Shown here: in pieces, positions 36,731 to 45,092 of the stretch
Position numbering within the stretch: position 1 is the stretch's first letter
Layout of the letters: each line of letters begins with the position of its first letter
Assembly: GCA_021785435.1 (NCBI GenBank)
Contig: JAJYFE010000004.1
Location: 1 to 61,913, forward strand
DNA length: 61,913 nt
Direction of reading: 5' to 3'
Origin: Planctomycetota bacterium
Lineage (GTDB): Bacteria > Planctomycetota > Phycisphaerae > WQYP01
The notes under the pieces: model-generated
What the model was told of the DNA's origin: nothing
Seen by the model: only the letters and a program-made list of their open reading frames with translations
Database searches by the model: none
Translations under genes and position numbers: made by a program

Positions 36731-37671
36731 TGTAATGGGATGGCCCCACCTGGAGCCAAAGCCATGACCTGCTGTTTTATTAATCTGGCGCCCTCGTGGT
36801 TCTCAATGATTTTGAATGCGGCGCTGTTCATGAGGGCGTGCATGTAGCAATGATGAACGGTTAGCACCAAATCCTGGAGTTGCTGGTCCTCTTCAATCAG
36901 GACGACTTTCAGGCCCATCTTTATGCACTCGTCGGCGTGGATATGCCTGCTGTGGGCCTTGTGGCTGCGGTAGTCGGCGAGCCTTCTGGCTATCTTCGAC
37001 GCTTTGGCATCCGCGTCGGGCTCACCGGCGAACATGACTTTCGACAGCTGCTCACGTACGAAGCCATTGGACCAGTCGATGGCGTTGGAGCACTGCCCCA
37101 GAAAGGTGGGATGATATTTTCCGATAATAGGCTGCCAGACCGCGGCCCTGGCGGGGTCGGATTTAATTTCCTTGACCGCCTGCTTGAATTCCCGTATCAC
37201 ACCCTGGGCGGGAACTCCACGTACCTGTGGGTCAATAGGACCGAGATTAGACTGCTTGCCCATCAATATTTCCCTGCACGAGCAAGCCATGACCGTACCC
37301 GCCGACATGGCGATTTGCGGCACGATAGCGCGAATGTTGCGGTCGAACATTTTTTGCAGGTAGTCAACGATGGACTGGGTGGACGCAATATCACCCCCCG
37401 GCGTGTGCAGGATGAGATCTAGCCCCTGGCTCCGATCGAGCTTATGCACGGCCATCATGAAGCCGTTTTTGTCTTCATCGTTTATCTCCGCGCCGACGAT
37501 CTGCGGCTTGGAAAGCCAGCCCGAATAATAGGCAATAATGTTACGTGTCGTGCGCTGATGAAGCTGGCCAAGGTACTTTTTTCGAACCGAGTCCAAAGCC
37601 TGCTGGGCCATCGCCTGGTGGCTGAGGATTTCTTGATTAATCTCGTTTTGGACATCGCCCCAATTCGGCAT
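36649..37671 (-). CDS. SDH-family ClpP-fold serine protease (SppA/ClpP-like)
   Basis: LDLILHTPGGDIASTQSIVDYLQKMFDRNIRAIVPQIAMSAGTVMACSCREILMGKQSNLGPIDPQ matches the serine dehydrogenase proteinase family pattern. The last ~27 codons are read from remnant III in a different frame, so the native C-terminus may be replaced. Confidence 0.7.
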   Translation of the reverse strand: MPNWGDVQNEINQEILSHQAMAQQALDSVRKKYLGQLHQRTTRNIIAYYSGWLSKPQIVGAEINDEDKNGFMMAVHKLDRSQGLDLILHTPGGDIASTQSIVDYLQKMFDRNIRAIVPQIAMSAGTVMACSCREILMGKQSNLGPIDPQVRGVPAQGVIREFKQAVKEIKSDPARAAVWQPIIGKYHPTFLGQCSNAIDWSNGFVREQLSKVMFAGEPDADAKASKIARRLADYRSHKAHSRHIHADECIKMGLKVVLIEEDQQLQDLVLTVHHCYMHALMNSAAFKIIENHEGARLIKQQVMALAPGGAIPLQPRQGMEDSGGPGSAPGSTPLSPVGTA

Positions 37672-38019
37672 ACGACCCTCACCTCGCTGGCGCGGGCCAC
37701 GGCGTAGTGGTTGTTGTGATGGTGGGCACCGCGGGGAACGGCCAGGGCTGCTCGAGCGAGTAACTGTCCCCGGGGGAAACCGCCGGCGCGGTTATCCCGG
37801 CGCTCCGGGAGAGATAGCGCCGATAAAGAAGAGCCAATTTCGCGGCCTCCGATCCCGCCCTGTGGTATGCGGGACCAACTCGCCGCTTCCTCCGGTGTCC
37901 AGGTTGTTTGCCCGACCGTCCCATTATTATCTCCTTTCTCGGTGAGTTGATTCACCAATCAGTTTAGCCGCTACGGGACAGGCGTCAAATAGCCCGCGAT
38001 GCGCAGTGGCGCATCCGCG

Positions 38020-38130
38020 ACTTAAATTCCGCCATCGCCGCGTCGTCCACCCCCTGCGGCACAATGGGAAATGTCCCCCCAACATGTGCGCGAACTCTGC
38101 TTCGGTTAAGACGTACAAATGGGCGGTGCT
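38020..38130 (-). repeat. MTase 3-prime-end remnant II (diverged, frameshifted)
   Basis: Two track ORFs carry its halves: ...AHLYVLTEAEFAHMLGG (37927..38292) and GGTFPIVPQGVDDAAMAEFKSRMRH (37985..38176). One extra C in gtcccccc causes the frame change. Confidence 0.6.
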
Positions 38131-38286
38131 GGGGTGGGACAATTTTTCGGGGGTGGAATCCCCGCTGATAGTCCACCGCCAGTTCTCGAACGCGGCCTCC
38201 CGTAGCCGGCCATGTCCCGGCCGTTCAGTCGCCTGGGCGACCTGGCGGAGCGATGCGGGTACGCGCTTTGACCGCGGCGCCGATGG

Positions 38287-38362
38287 GGGCATCGGCGGCT
38301 ACATGGCCGATGAGGGCATCGGCGGCTACATGGCCGATGAGGGCATCGGCGGCTACATGGCC
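38287..38362. repeat. 27-bp tandem repeat, 2.8 copies, each unit a hairpin
   Basis: GGGCATCGGCGGCTACATGGCCGATGA at 38287-38313 and 38314-38340, plus a 22-nt partial copy at 38341-38362. Stems CATCGGC/GCCGATG. Lies 25 nt downstream of the MTase stop codon. Confidence 0.9.
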
Positions 38363-38387
38363 CCGGGGCGCGGGGGTATGCGGCAGG

Positions 38388-41300
38388 TTAAACGTGCCGG
38401 GTAAATTCCGCCAACGTGGCATCCTTGATTTCCTGCGGCACGATCGGAAACGTCCCCAATATGTGGGCGAATTCTTCCTCGGTTAAGCCGTACAGATACG
38501 CGATGATCGCGTCCAATTCCGCCCGCAGTTTCAGCCGCTTCGCGGGATCGGTTACGCCGTCCTTGTGGCTTTTCAGACCCACCGACTTGGCCAGCTCATC
38601 AAATTCCGGCGTGGTGCAGATCAGCCGCGCGGCACGTTCCACAATCGGTGCGAAGGCCGGGTCTTTCTCGGTCAGGCGCGGGACGGGCAGTTGGTAGACG
38701 TAGAAGAAGTTCACGTTGGCCGAGACTCGCTGGCGAATGATGTAGTCCAACGCCAAGGCGTCGAGGATGGCGGCAGCCCACAGGCGGACAGGGCCATGCG
38801 CGAGCCAAACGCCGTCCGCAGCGGCGAACTCGCCCGCCTGGAAACTGTTGGCGCAAAACGACGGCGGGGCGACCGTTGTTACCAGCGTCCGCTGGTCCGT
38901 GTTTCGTGCGATGTTCCTGAACCCCAGCCGGTAATCCTGATAATCCAATTTCTGGCCCGTGTCCGGCGTGCGGCCCAGGATTCTTGCCCGGCCCTTCTTT
39001 TCATCCACCCAATAGCGCGGCGGGGCCAGCTGATGATCGAACTGCCAGATCATTTTGCCTTCATACAGCGGCAATTTTCCTTTGCCCGGACTGGTCTCAA
39101 ACAAATCGCTGTCGTTCGTCATGTTGAGCTCCTGGGCGAACCGTACGTTCCAATTGCCTTGGATTTTTTCGCCCAGCAGCGGGAATTTCAGCATCTTTTC
39201 CGCGATCTGCACATCCAGATCGCACTTGAATTCCATGATGGAAAGCGAATCCGGCGAAAGCCGCCGCACCAGATCAACGGCTATCTCCAGGCCTCCCTGC
39301 CGGGGAAAACCCTCCAGTTCGGCCACATCGTGGCGCATGAACGCGGCAGGAAATTCCACCGTCTGGCCGCCCTTTTGAAAGGTCAAAACGACGAACTTGA
39401 AACTACGGTGCACGCCCTCAAAGATTTCCTTGCGATTCTCAAAACCAAACAGGCCAGTGATGTGGGTTTCTTTAAACAGCATTTCCCGCAACTGCTTGCT
39501 GCCCAAATCGGTATAAATGCCGGAGGGAATCACAATACCGCAAAGCCCGCCGGGGCGCAGCAGGTTGAAGCACTGTTCGGTGAACAACTTGTATAGGTTA
39601 ATCTTCGAAGCCGGGGTGCGCCCGCTGGCGTCGGTTGACAGCTGGTTTGGGTATTGGGCGGAGAGCTTAAAATACCTCGACGGGTGGGGAAACTCGCTGG
39701 AGTATGCAAGCCACGCCTCCCGCACTCTGCGATCTTCCATTATCGCGGCGCGCTGGGCCACCCAGTCCTCGATGCGGAGGCTCTTCTTGGTAATTGAGGG
39801 AATGTATTCTTGGAAAAATTCTTTCTCGTCGGTCTGGAAGACCTCCCACGGCGGATTGGTGATGATGGCGTCGAAGCCGCCGTTTTTATTTAGCACCCGG
39901 TCGAATTCAAAGCCCCAATGAAACGGTTTCAGTCGCTGGATATCGGCCAGGCCCAGCGGTCGCTTCTTCGGCCGGCCCTGAACCTTTTTCACCCCATCCC
40001 ACGTCGCCTGCTCGAACTTGATCCCCAGCCGCTCGAACTCGCCGAGCAGCAGGTCATCGAGCACGGCGGCGCAGGCGCGCTTGAGGGAATCGATGTTGTT
40101 GCGCAGGGCGGTTAAATCGTCGGCGTAGGTAGCTGTCCGGCGATAGTTGTCAATCCGCCGATTTTTGTCTTGCAGAATTTCCTGGTATGTCCGCTGGCGG
40201 AACAGCTGCCCCTGTTTTTGTTCAAACGATTTATCATCCACCCGCATCAGGCCGATGAGCGAATTGCCGGGCAGAATGTTAAAGTCGATATTCGGCAGCG
40301 GCTCGAGCTGATCGACGGTTTCGGCGGAGGAACCCAGCGCCAGAAACAACCGCAGGCGGGCGATTTCCACGGCCTCTTCCATCAAATCCACGCCGAAAAG
40401 ATTATCCGTAATGATGCATTTCTTGATGAAGTAGTCGATGTTGGAGTGCTTTTTTTCGATGTCGGCCAGCCAGGCGGAAAGCTCGGGATCATGCAGAAAT
40501 TTAATCTGGCCGATGATGGGAGAATAAATGCCGATCAGCGTATTCATGGCGGCCACCAGAAAGGCCCCTGATCCGCAGGCCGGATCCAGCAGTGACAGAT
40601 TCGGCAAAACATCATGGATCAGCTTGTGACACAGCGGGGCATCGAGATCAATCAGCAGATCGGCCACCGACTCATAACGGCGGGTTTTTACCCCCGCCAG
40701 GGTCGGCACGCCGGGGGACGTGTTGGCGGCGTCGAGAATCAGGCGGTGGATGGTCCGTTCGCAGAGATATTCCGTGATTTCCGGGCGGGTGTAATAGGCG
40801 CCGAAGGCTTTCTGGTTGATATATTGCTCAAAGATGTAGCCGAGAACGTGCGGGCTGATTTCGCGGTCATTTTCGCCGGGCGCGTCGTTAAGATTCCAGG
40901 AATAGGAGGCGAACAGCTGGAAAAGTTTATCGAAGAAGGCGTCAGGAATGGCGATATTCTGGTTTTCGGTTTCGATGCGGTGCGGCAGAAACAGGCCGCC
41001 GTTGAGGTAGCGGATGTTGCCGAGCTCGGTACGGGCGGCGGGCGAGCGTTTTTCCGGCGGTTTGGCGAAGCCTTCAAAGAAAAGCAGTTGCAGAAAATCG
41101 CGGTAAAAGCGTTCGGGGCCCTGGCGGCGGGAGGCCTGCAGCTTACGCTGCAGGTAGTCGATATCGCCGTCACGGGCTTGGGCGTCCCGGTAGTCGAGAA
41201 ACCCCTTGCGCTGCAGGAAATAGATGAACATCAGGCGGTTTAAGAGAATGGAGGCGTACCAGCGGCGATCGTGGTCCGTGGGTATGCCCTGGATCAGCTC

Positions 41301-41939
41301 CACCAAGTTGTCGTGGATACCCTCGAATTCCCTGAAAAAGCGTTTGGTGACCCGTTGGACATCCAGCGCCGCCTGGAGTCGCTGCGTAACTTCGGTCAGT
41401 TTGATGCGTCCATCGGAATCAAATTCCGAGATGTCAAAATGGATGGCGCCCAATTTGCTGATGAACAGATCGCCGGGCTGGCCGGCGGCGAAGAGATGCT
41501 CGCGCGGCACGGTTTTGCCATTTTCACGCTTGACCCAGCGCCAGAGGCTTTGGGTGCCGTTGGCGTCAACGAAAATCAGGAGGCATTCATACTGCAGCTG
41601 GGAGATTCCCTTATGGATGGCGGCGCGGGTTGGGGCGTCGGGTATGGCGGCGGATTCAACTTGATAAACGCCCACGCCGGCCAGATCGGCAATATGGCGG
41701 CGGGTAAGCTGAAGGCCATCGATGGCCATGGGAATCCCGTCGCGGCGGCCGGGGGGCGGATTCGACCAGCCCAAGTGTTCGATGAACAGCTCGCCGAATT
41801 TAAATTGGCGCAGGCATTCGCGCACGGCGGGAAAATTCAACCGCGCGGCGGCATTGGGCCGGGCATGAAGATTCTCCGTGCCCGGGGCGAGTTCGCGGTG
41901 GAGGGTAGACATGACGGCAATTATGGCCGAGGTGCGCAC
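38388..41939 (-). CDS. Eco57I/PglX-like gamma-class N6-adenine DNA methyltransferase, type IIG-like large protein
   Basis: Motif X AFGAYYTRPEIT, motif I LLDPACGSGAFLV, motif IV ITNPPWEVF, the N-terminal block ILLNRLMFIYFLQRKGFLD, and a long C-terminal TRD-like region ending LYGLTEEEFAHILGTFPIV. The track start is GTG at 41939; an alternative ATG is at 41912. Confidence 0.85.
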   Translation of the reverse strand: MRTSAIIAVMSTLHRELAPGTENLHARPNAAARLNFPAVRECLRQFKFGELFIEHLGWSNPPPGRRDGIPMAIDGLQLTRRHIADLAGVGVYQVESAAIPDAPTRAAIHKGISQLQYECLLIFVDANGTQSLWRWVKRENGKTVPREHLFAAGQPGDLFISKLGAIHFDISEFDSDGRIKLTEVTQRLQAALDVQRVTKRFFREFEGIHDNLVELIQGIPTDHDRRWYASILLNRLMFIYFLQRKGFLDYRDAQARDGDIDYLQRKLQASRRQGPERFYRDFLQLLFFEGFAKPPEKRSPAARTELGNIRYLNGGLFLPHRIETENQNIAIPDAFFDKLFQLFASYSWNLNDAPGENDREISPHVLGYIFEQYINQKAFGAYYTRPEITEYLCERTIHRLILDAANTSPGVPTLAGVKTRRYESVADLLIDLDAPLCHKLIHDVLPNLSLLDPACGSGAFLVAAMNTLIGIYSPIIGQIKFLHDPELSAWLADIEKKHSNIDYFIKKCIITDNLFGVDLMEEAVEIARLRLFLALGSSAETVDQLEPLPNIDFNILPGNSLIGLMRVDDKSFEQKQGQLFRQRTYQEILQDKNRRIDNYRRTATYADDLTALRNNIDSLKRACAAVLDDLLLGEFERLGIKFEQATWDGVKKVQGRPKKRPLGLADIQRLKPFHWGFEFDRVLNKNGGFDAIITNPPWEVFQTDEKEFFQEYIPSITKKSLRIEDWVAQRAAIMEDRRVREAWLAYSSEFPHPSRYFKLSAQYPNQLSTDASGRTPASKINLYKLFTEQCFNLLRPGGLCGIVIPSGIYTDLGSKQLREMLFKETHITGLFGFENRKEIFEGVHRSFKFVVLTFQKGGQTVEFPAAFMRHDVAELEGFPRQGGLEIAVDLVRRLSPDSLSIMEFKCDLDVQIAEKMLKFPLLGEKIQGNWNVRFAQELNMTNDSDLFETSPGKGKLPLYEGKMIWQFDHQLAPPRYWVDEKKGRARILGRTPDTGQKLDYQDYRLGFRNIARNTDQRTLVTTVAPPSFCANSFQAGEFAAADGVWLAHGPVRLWAAAILDALALDYIIRQRVSANVNFFYVYQLPVPRLTEKDPAFAPIVERAARLICTTPEFDELAKSVGLKSHKDGVTDPAKRLKLRAELDAIIAYLYGLTEEEFAHILGTFPIVPQEIKDATLAEFTRHV

Positions 41940-41963
41940 GTTTGGGTAGTGAAAAAAGGCGAG

Positions 41964-41984
41964 CCGCCGGGTTTATCCCGGCGG
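41964..41984. repeat. REP hairpin CCGCCGGG-TTTAT-CCCGGCGG
   Basis: Perfect 8-bp stem with a 5-nt loop, lying between the MTase start and the RAYT gene. Confidence 0.85.
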
Positions 41985-42052
41985 TGGGCTACGCGGCCAG
42001 TGCCGTTCTCAAAAATAACCTCCGATGGGGGAACTGGAGAACTGTGGTAGCA

Positions 42053-42067
42053 CTGGGTTTATCCCGG
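42053..42067. repeat. REP hairpin variant CTGGGTTTATCCCGG
   Basis: Same core as 41964. Its flank matches the copy at 5628. Confidence 0.75.
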
Positions 42068-42182
42068 TGAACCGCTATTCCCCGACTCCCCTATCCGACA
42101 GAAGGTACGACAACTGCTCTAAACCGCGTGGCGTGCCTGCGAAAAAACGTAAAAGTGCGGGCAAGTTCCATCTTTCCCTCGG

Positions 42183-42728
42183 CTATTTCCGGGGGATCAC
42201 CCGCATGACGACAATCTCGCAAAGCATGCCGCTCTGGTTGTGGATATACCGATCCGCCGCGGCAATCGCCGCCTGGTCATGCAGGTAGCGATCACTGCCG
42301 CCCCGGGTCCACCAACGGCGCGGCGCTCCGGCGGCTTCGCTCAAGGCGGCGCTGCTTACGCCCTTGATCACACGCCGCACGGCGGGGCCGTCAGCGGGAC
42401 AGTTCGTTATGAGGCTGTGGATATGATTGGCCATGCACGCGGCGCGGAGGATAACCCAGTCGCGTTCGACGGCGGCCTGGCGGATAGCCTCGGCGGCGAC
42501 GCGGGATTCCGCTTGCGTCAACCAAACTGTGACGTGCTCTTGAAATCTCCTGGCGGCGGCGAGGGTGGCCGGATCATCCTGACCGCACGGCGTGCCGCGC
42601 TGGTTCCGCTTTCGCTCGTATGCTCCGCCAGGCAACAGCGTGTTGGAAACATAGCCGCGTGGATCACCAGGAAGCCAGGTGCCGTAGGTGGTCCAAGTGA
42701 TGAACAGGGCGAAAGGCGATACGGGCAT
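42183..42728 (-). CDS. REP-associated tyrosine transposase-like protein (IS200/IS605 Y1 HUH family)
   Basis: FITWTTYGTWLPGDPRGYV N-terminal block, HUH motif MANHIHSLI, and catalytic Tyr context RYIHNQ. Flanked on both sides by REP hairpins. I chose the ATG at 42728; the track's GTG at 42749 lies inside a REP. Confidence 0.7.
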   Translation of the reverse strand: MPVSPFALFITWTTYGTWLPGDPRGYVSNTLLPGGAYERKRNQRGTPCGQDDPATLAAARRFQEHVTVWLTQAESRVAAEAIRQAAVERDWVILRAACMANHIHSLITNCPADGPAVRRVIKGVSSAALSEAAGAPRRWWTRGGSDRYLHDQAAIAAADRYIHNQSGMLCEIVVMRVIPRK

Positions 42729-42748
42729 GGGCGCTCCGTCGGATGACA

Positions 42749-42769
42749 CCGCCGGGATAAACCCGGCGG
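42749..42769. repeat. REP hairpin, inverted orientation (CCGCCGGG-ATAAA-CCCGGCGG)
   Basis: Same stem as 41964 with the loop reverse-complemented. Immediately upstream of the RAYT gene. Confidence 0.85.
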
Positions 42770-42832
42770 TTCGCTAAAGGATGACGCAACTCGCTGGGGA
42801 CATTTTACCGGGAGCGCCCGGCGGCTGGCGCG

Positions 42833-42853
42833 CCGCCGGGTTTATCCCGGCGG
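42833..42853. repeat. REP hairpin CCGCCGGG-TTTAT-CCCGGCGG
   Basis: Identical 21-mer to 41964-41984. Confidence 0.85.
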
Positions 42854-42882
42854 TTCCGTGGGGCTAACCCCCAGCCCGCCGG

Positions 42883-43065
42883 TCAGTCTTTCCCCCGTAA
42901 CCCGAGCGAACAGATGATCCGCGGATCGAAATTGGCCGGGTCTTCCGTGACGTTGCACAAGTCGTTATCGGCTCTTAAATCGCTCACCAACCGGCCCAGC
43001 GCCTCATCATCCATGCCTTCCCGGATGCAGCCGGCCGGGCGCCCTGTTTCGATCGCCGTACTCAT
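42883..43065 (-). repeat. Helicase 3-prime-end remnant (direct repeat of 46946-47080)
   Basis: 42905-43023 matches 46962-47080 at 118/119 nt by my manual alignment. Encodes ...REGMDDEALGRLVSDLRADNDLCNVTEDPANFDPRIICSLGLRGKD, against the helicase C-terminus ...REGMDDEALGRLVSDLRADNNLCNVTEDPANFDPRIICSLGLRG. Confidence 0.9.
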
Positions 43066-43082
43066 TCTGCGTTCCCACTTGG

Positions 43083-43104
43083 CCGCGGGGTTTATTCCCG
43101 GCGG
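43083..43104. repeat. Degenerate REP hairpin CCGCGGGG-TTTATT-CCCGGCGG
   Basis: Same family with one stem mismatch and a 6-nt loop. Confidence 0.6.
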
Positions 43105-43127
43105 GGGAAGGGCGCCGGTTTACACCC

Positions 43128-43784
43128 CTACAGTTCCGGCGCATGGTGGGTCAGGTGCTTGAAGATGTGCACCGCTAAGTGTCCGAAGTTCCCTTGCATC
43201 GCTTGCTTCATAATGAAAGTGTAATCGGAATGATCCGGGCGCTGACGGACCCTAAATTGCGGCGGTACGCCAAACCGCAATAGGCCCCAAGCCCACAGCA
43301 GACGGGACAGCCGGCCGTTCCCATTGATAAAAGGGTGCACCTGTATAAACCGCCCGATCATCGTGCCGAGGATAATGGCCAATCTCTTGGCGCGTTCCTG
43401 TGGTGACAGCTCCGGCCAGTCGAGCTCCAGTGCAACGGTGTATCGGCGCAGGTGATCGAACAGCCGCTCCATCTCGGAAACCACGGTTTGGTACGGTGCG
43501 CCGGGGGTTCCTTCCACCCGGACATCTGTTTGCAGGCAAGGGCGTAGCGGATCAATTTGCCGATAGTTTCCGGCGTAATAGTCGAGTGGGACGTGGTGTG
43601 TGAACAGGGTGCGGTGCCAGTCACGGCAGGCCGGCGAATCGACGATTTTTCGCTTGGCGGCCGCCGCAGCCGCTCGATAGGCCGCGGCGACGGAGGCGCG
43701 GAAAGTTCCTTCCCTGGTCTCGGGGCCGTCCGAAGACCACTCCGGACAATTACCGGTGTAGGGCCTGGTCATCGTCATCCGCAA
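43128..43784 (-). CDS. Fic/DOC family protein
   Basis: Canonical Fic motif HPFINGNGRLSRLL. Overlaps the upstream small gene by about 35 nt. Confidence 0.85.
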   Translation of the reverse strand: MRMTMTRPYTGNCPEWSSDGPETREGTFRASVAAAYRAAAAAAKRKIVDSPACRDWHRTLFTHHVPLDYYAGNYRQIDPLRPCLQTDVRVEGTPGAPYQTVVSEMERLFDHLRRYTVALELDWPELSPQERAKRLAIILGTMIGRFIQVHPFINGNGRLSRLLWAWGLLRFGVPPQFRVRQRPDHSDYTFIMKQAMQGNFGHLAVHIFKHLTHHAPEL

Positions 43785-44157
43785 GCAGGTTAATTTGTTC
43801 GTCGGTCAGATCCGATGCATATGGAGCGGCGGCCGGATCTCGGAAGTGTTCCGACGCCTTTTGTGCCAATTTGTCGAAATCGAGTCCTTGCTGCCTGACG
43901 ATCTGTCGCATGGACGACTCGGCGCCTGCGAAATCAATGGCCATCGGATTCCATGGGGACGCCGCGGAGGCGGGACATTCAGTATGACCGTAGGGCCACT
44001 GCCCGATCGTCAGAGGCTGCTGGATGTCGCGCCTGATTGAACCTACACGCTCACCCAGTTCCTTTACTGTTGACATCCAATCCCAGTATCCCGTCTCCGG
44101 GATGCTGGCAGGTGGCTTCCGCGAACCAGCCGCGTATTCCTCTGCAACCAATATCAT
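43750..44157 (-). CDS. Hypothetical protein X2 (acidic C-terminus; candidate Fic partner)
   Basis: 135-aa ORF. Its ATG forms an ATGA overlap with the stop of the TIGR04255-like gene (44154-44157). No recognised domain. Confidence 0.5.
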   Translation of the reverse strand: MILVAEEYAAGSRKPPASIPETGYWDWMSTVKELGERVGSIRRDIQQPLTIGQWPYGHTECPASAASPWNPMAIDFAGAESSMRQIVRQQGLDFDKLAQKASEHFRDPAAAPYASDLTDEQINLLADDDDQALHR

Positions 44158-44885
44158 CGAATCAGCTCCCTGGCTTTATCCGTGATCGACCCCTCAAAAA
44201 ACCTGTTCTCGGTATCGTGAAGCAGTTCCAATCGTTCCGAAAAATTATAGGGAATGTTCCCGGTCTGGAATACGTCTATATCCACAAGCACGGACGCCAC
44301 CCCCTCCCTTGTCGGCGGAACTAACGCCTCATTACATATAATCATTCCCGGTAAGTCCGCCTGCGGGATTTGTAATTGCATGGCAAAGCCGCTCAGCCCC
44401 GCCGGCAGTCCGCCGCCGATTTCCGGCGCGGTGGAAAGGTAATCCTTAAAATCCCGAAATGGCAACGGCAAGTCAAACCGGTTGGTGTAGCGCACCGCCA
44501 ACCGCATGATTTCCTTGGGCTTCACGATCGCCTCATACCACCGCCAGAGGCGCAAAAATTCATCGCGAAGTTTTTCCCACGTTTCGTACGGCGTCAGCCG
44601 ACTAACGGTCAGCCCTTCCTGTCGCGTCTGGAACACATACTTGTGCTCGGCACGGCCACCATGGGAATAACCGATTTGCCTGAATTCCGGTTTCGCAGCG
44701 CCGCCGGGCGCCACTTGAATCATGATATTGCCAGTGAGGACTGGGGTTACAGTGGGATAATCCGCCTTGATCTCCGCTGAGGGGGAATTAAAGGCGGCCC
44801 AGTCAATCCAAGTGTCGTTCTTCACCTGGACATCAATCAGGGCCTGAATAATGGGCGCCCGGCTATAGTGTGTTCTTTGCGGCAT
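44154..44885 (-). CDS. TIGR04255-like uncharacterised family protein (copy 2)
   Basis: 243 aa: MPQRTHYSRAPIIQALIDVQV..., RLAVRYTNRFDLPLP, VLVDIDVFQ, HDTENRFFEGSITDKAREL. Same layout as the 29544..30365 product. Confidence 0.5.
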   Translation of the reverse strand: MPQRTHYSRAPIIQALIDVQVKNDTWIDWAAFNSPSAEIKADYPTVTPVLTGNIMIQVAPGGAAKPEFRQIGYSHGGRAEHKYVFQTRQEGLTVSRLTPYETWEKLRDEFLRLWRWYEAIVKPKEIMRLAVRYTNRFDLPLPFRDFKDYLSTAPEIGGGLPAGLSGFAMQLQIPQADLPGMIICNEALVPPTREGVASVLVDIDVFQTGNIPYNFSERLELLHDTENRFFEGSITDKARELIR

Positions 44886-45092
44886 TCGCGGTGATCCTAC
44901 CCGGTGCTAAGGTGACCCGCAACTGGCAAGCTACTTCGCCCTCCCAGCCAAATGGTTCGATGGACAACTCGCGGAGCTTGCACTGACGCGGCAGGTCGCG
45001 CGTGGCGGAAAAATTAAGGGCATGAATCCGGCGCTCCGTGGTAATCGAGATCGGGCCATCCGGCGAAGGTCAGGCTGGTCCCGGCGTAACCG

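Noticed and set aside
37482-37958. 158-codon and 81-codon ORFs upstream of the SDH protease as real genes.
   Set aside because: They are mutually exclusive frames. The longer one overlaps the protease gene by about 190 nt, and both products are low-complexity. They are kept only as a low-interest note, not as features.
38287-38362. Possible CRISPR array.
   Set aside because: The 27-bp units are directly abutting with no spacers, there are only 2.8 copies, and I saw no cas genes in the window.
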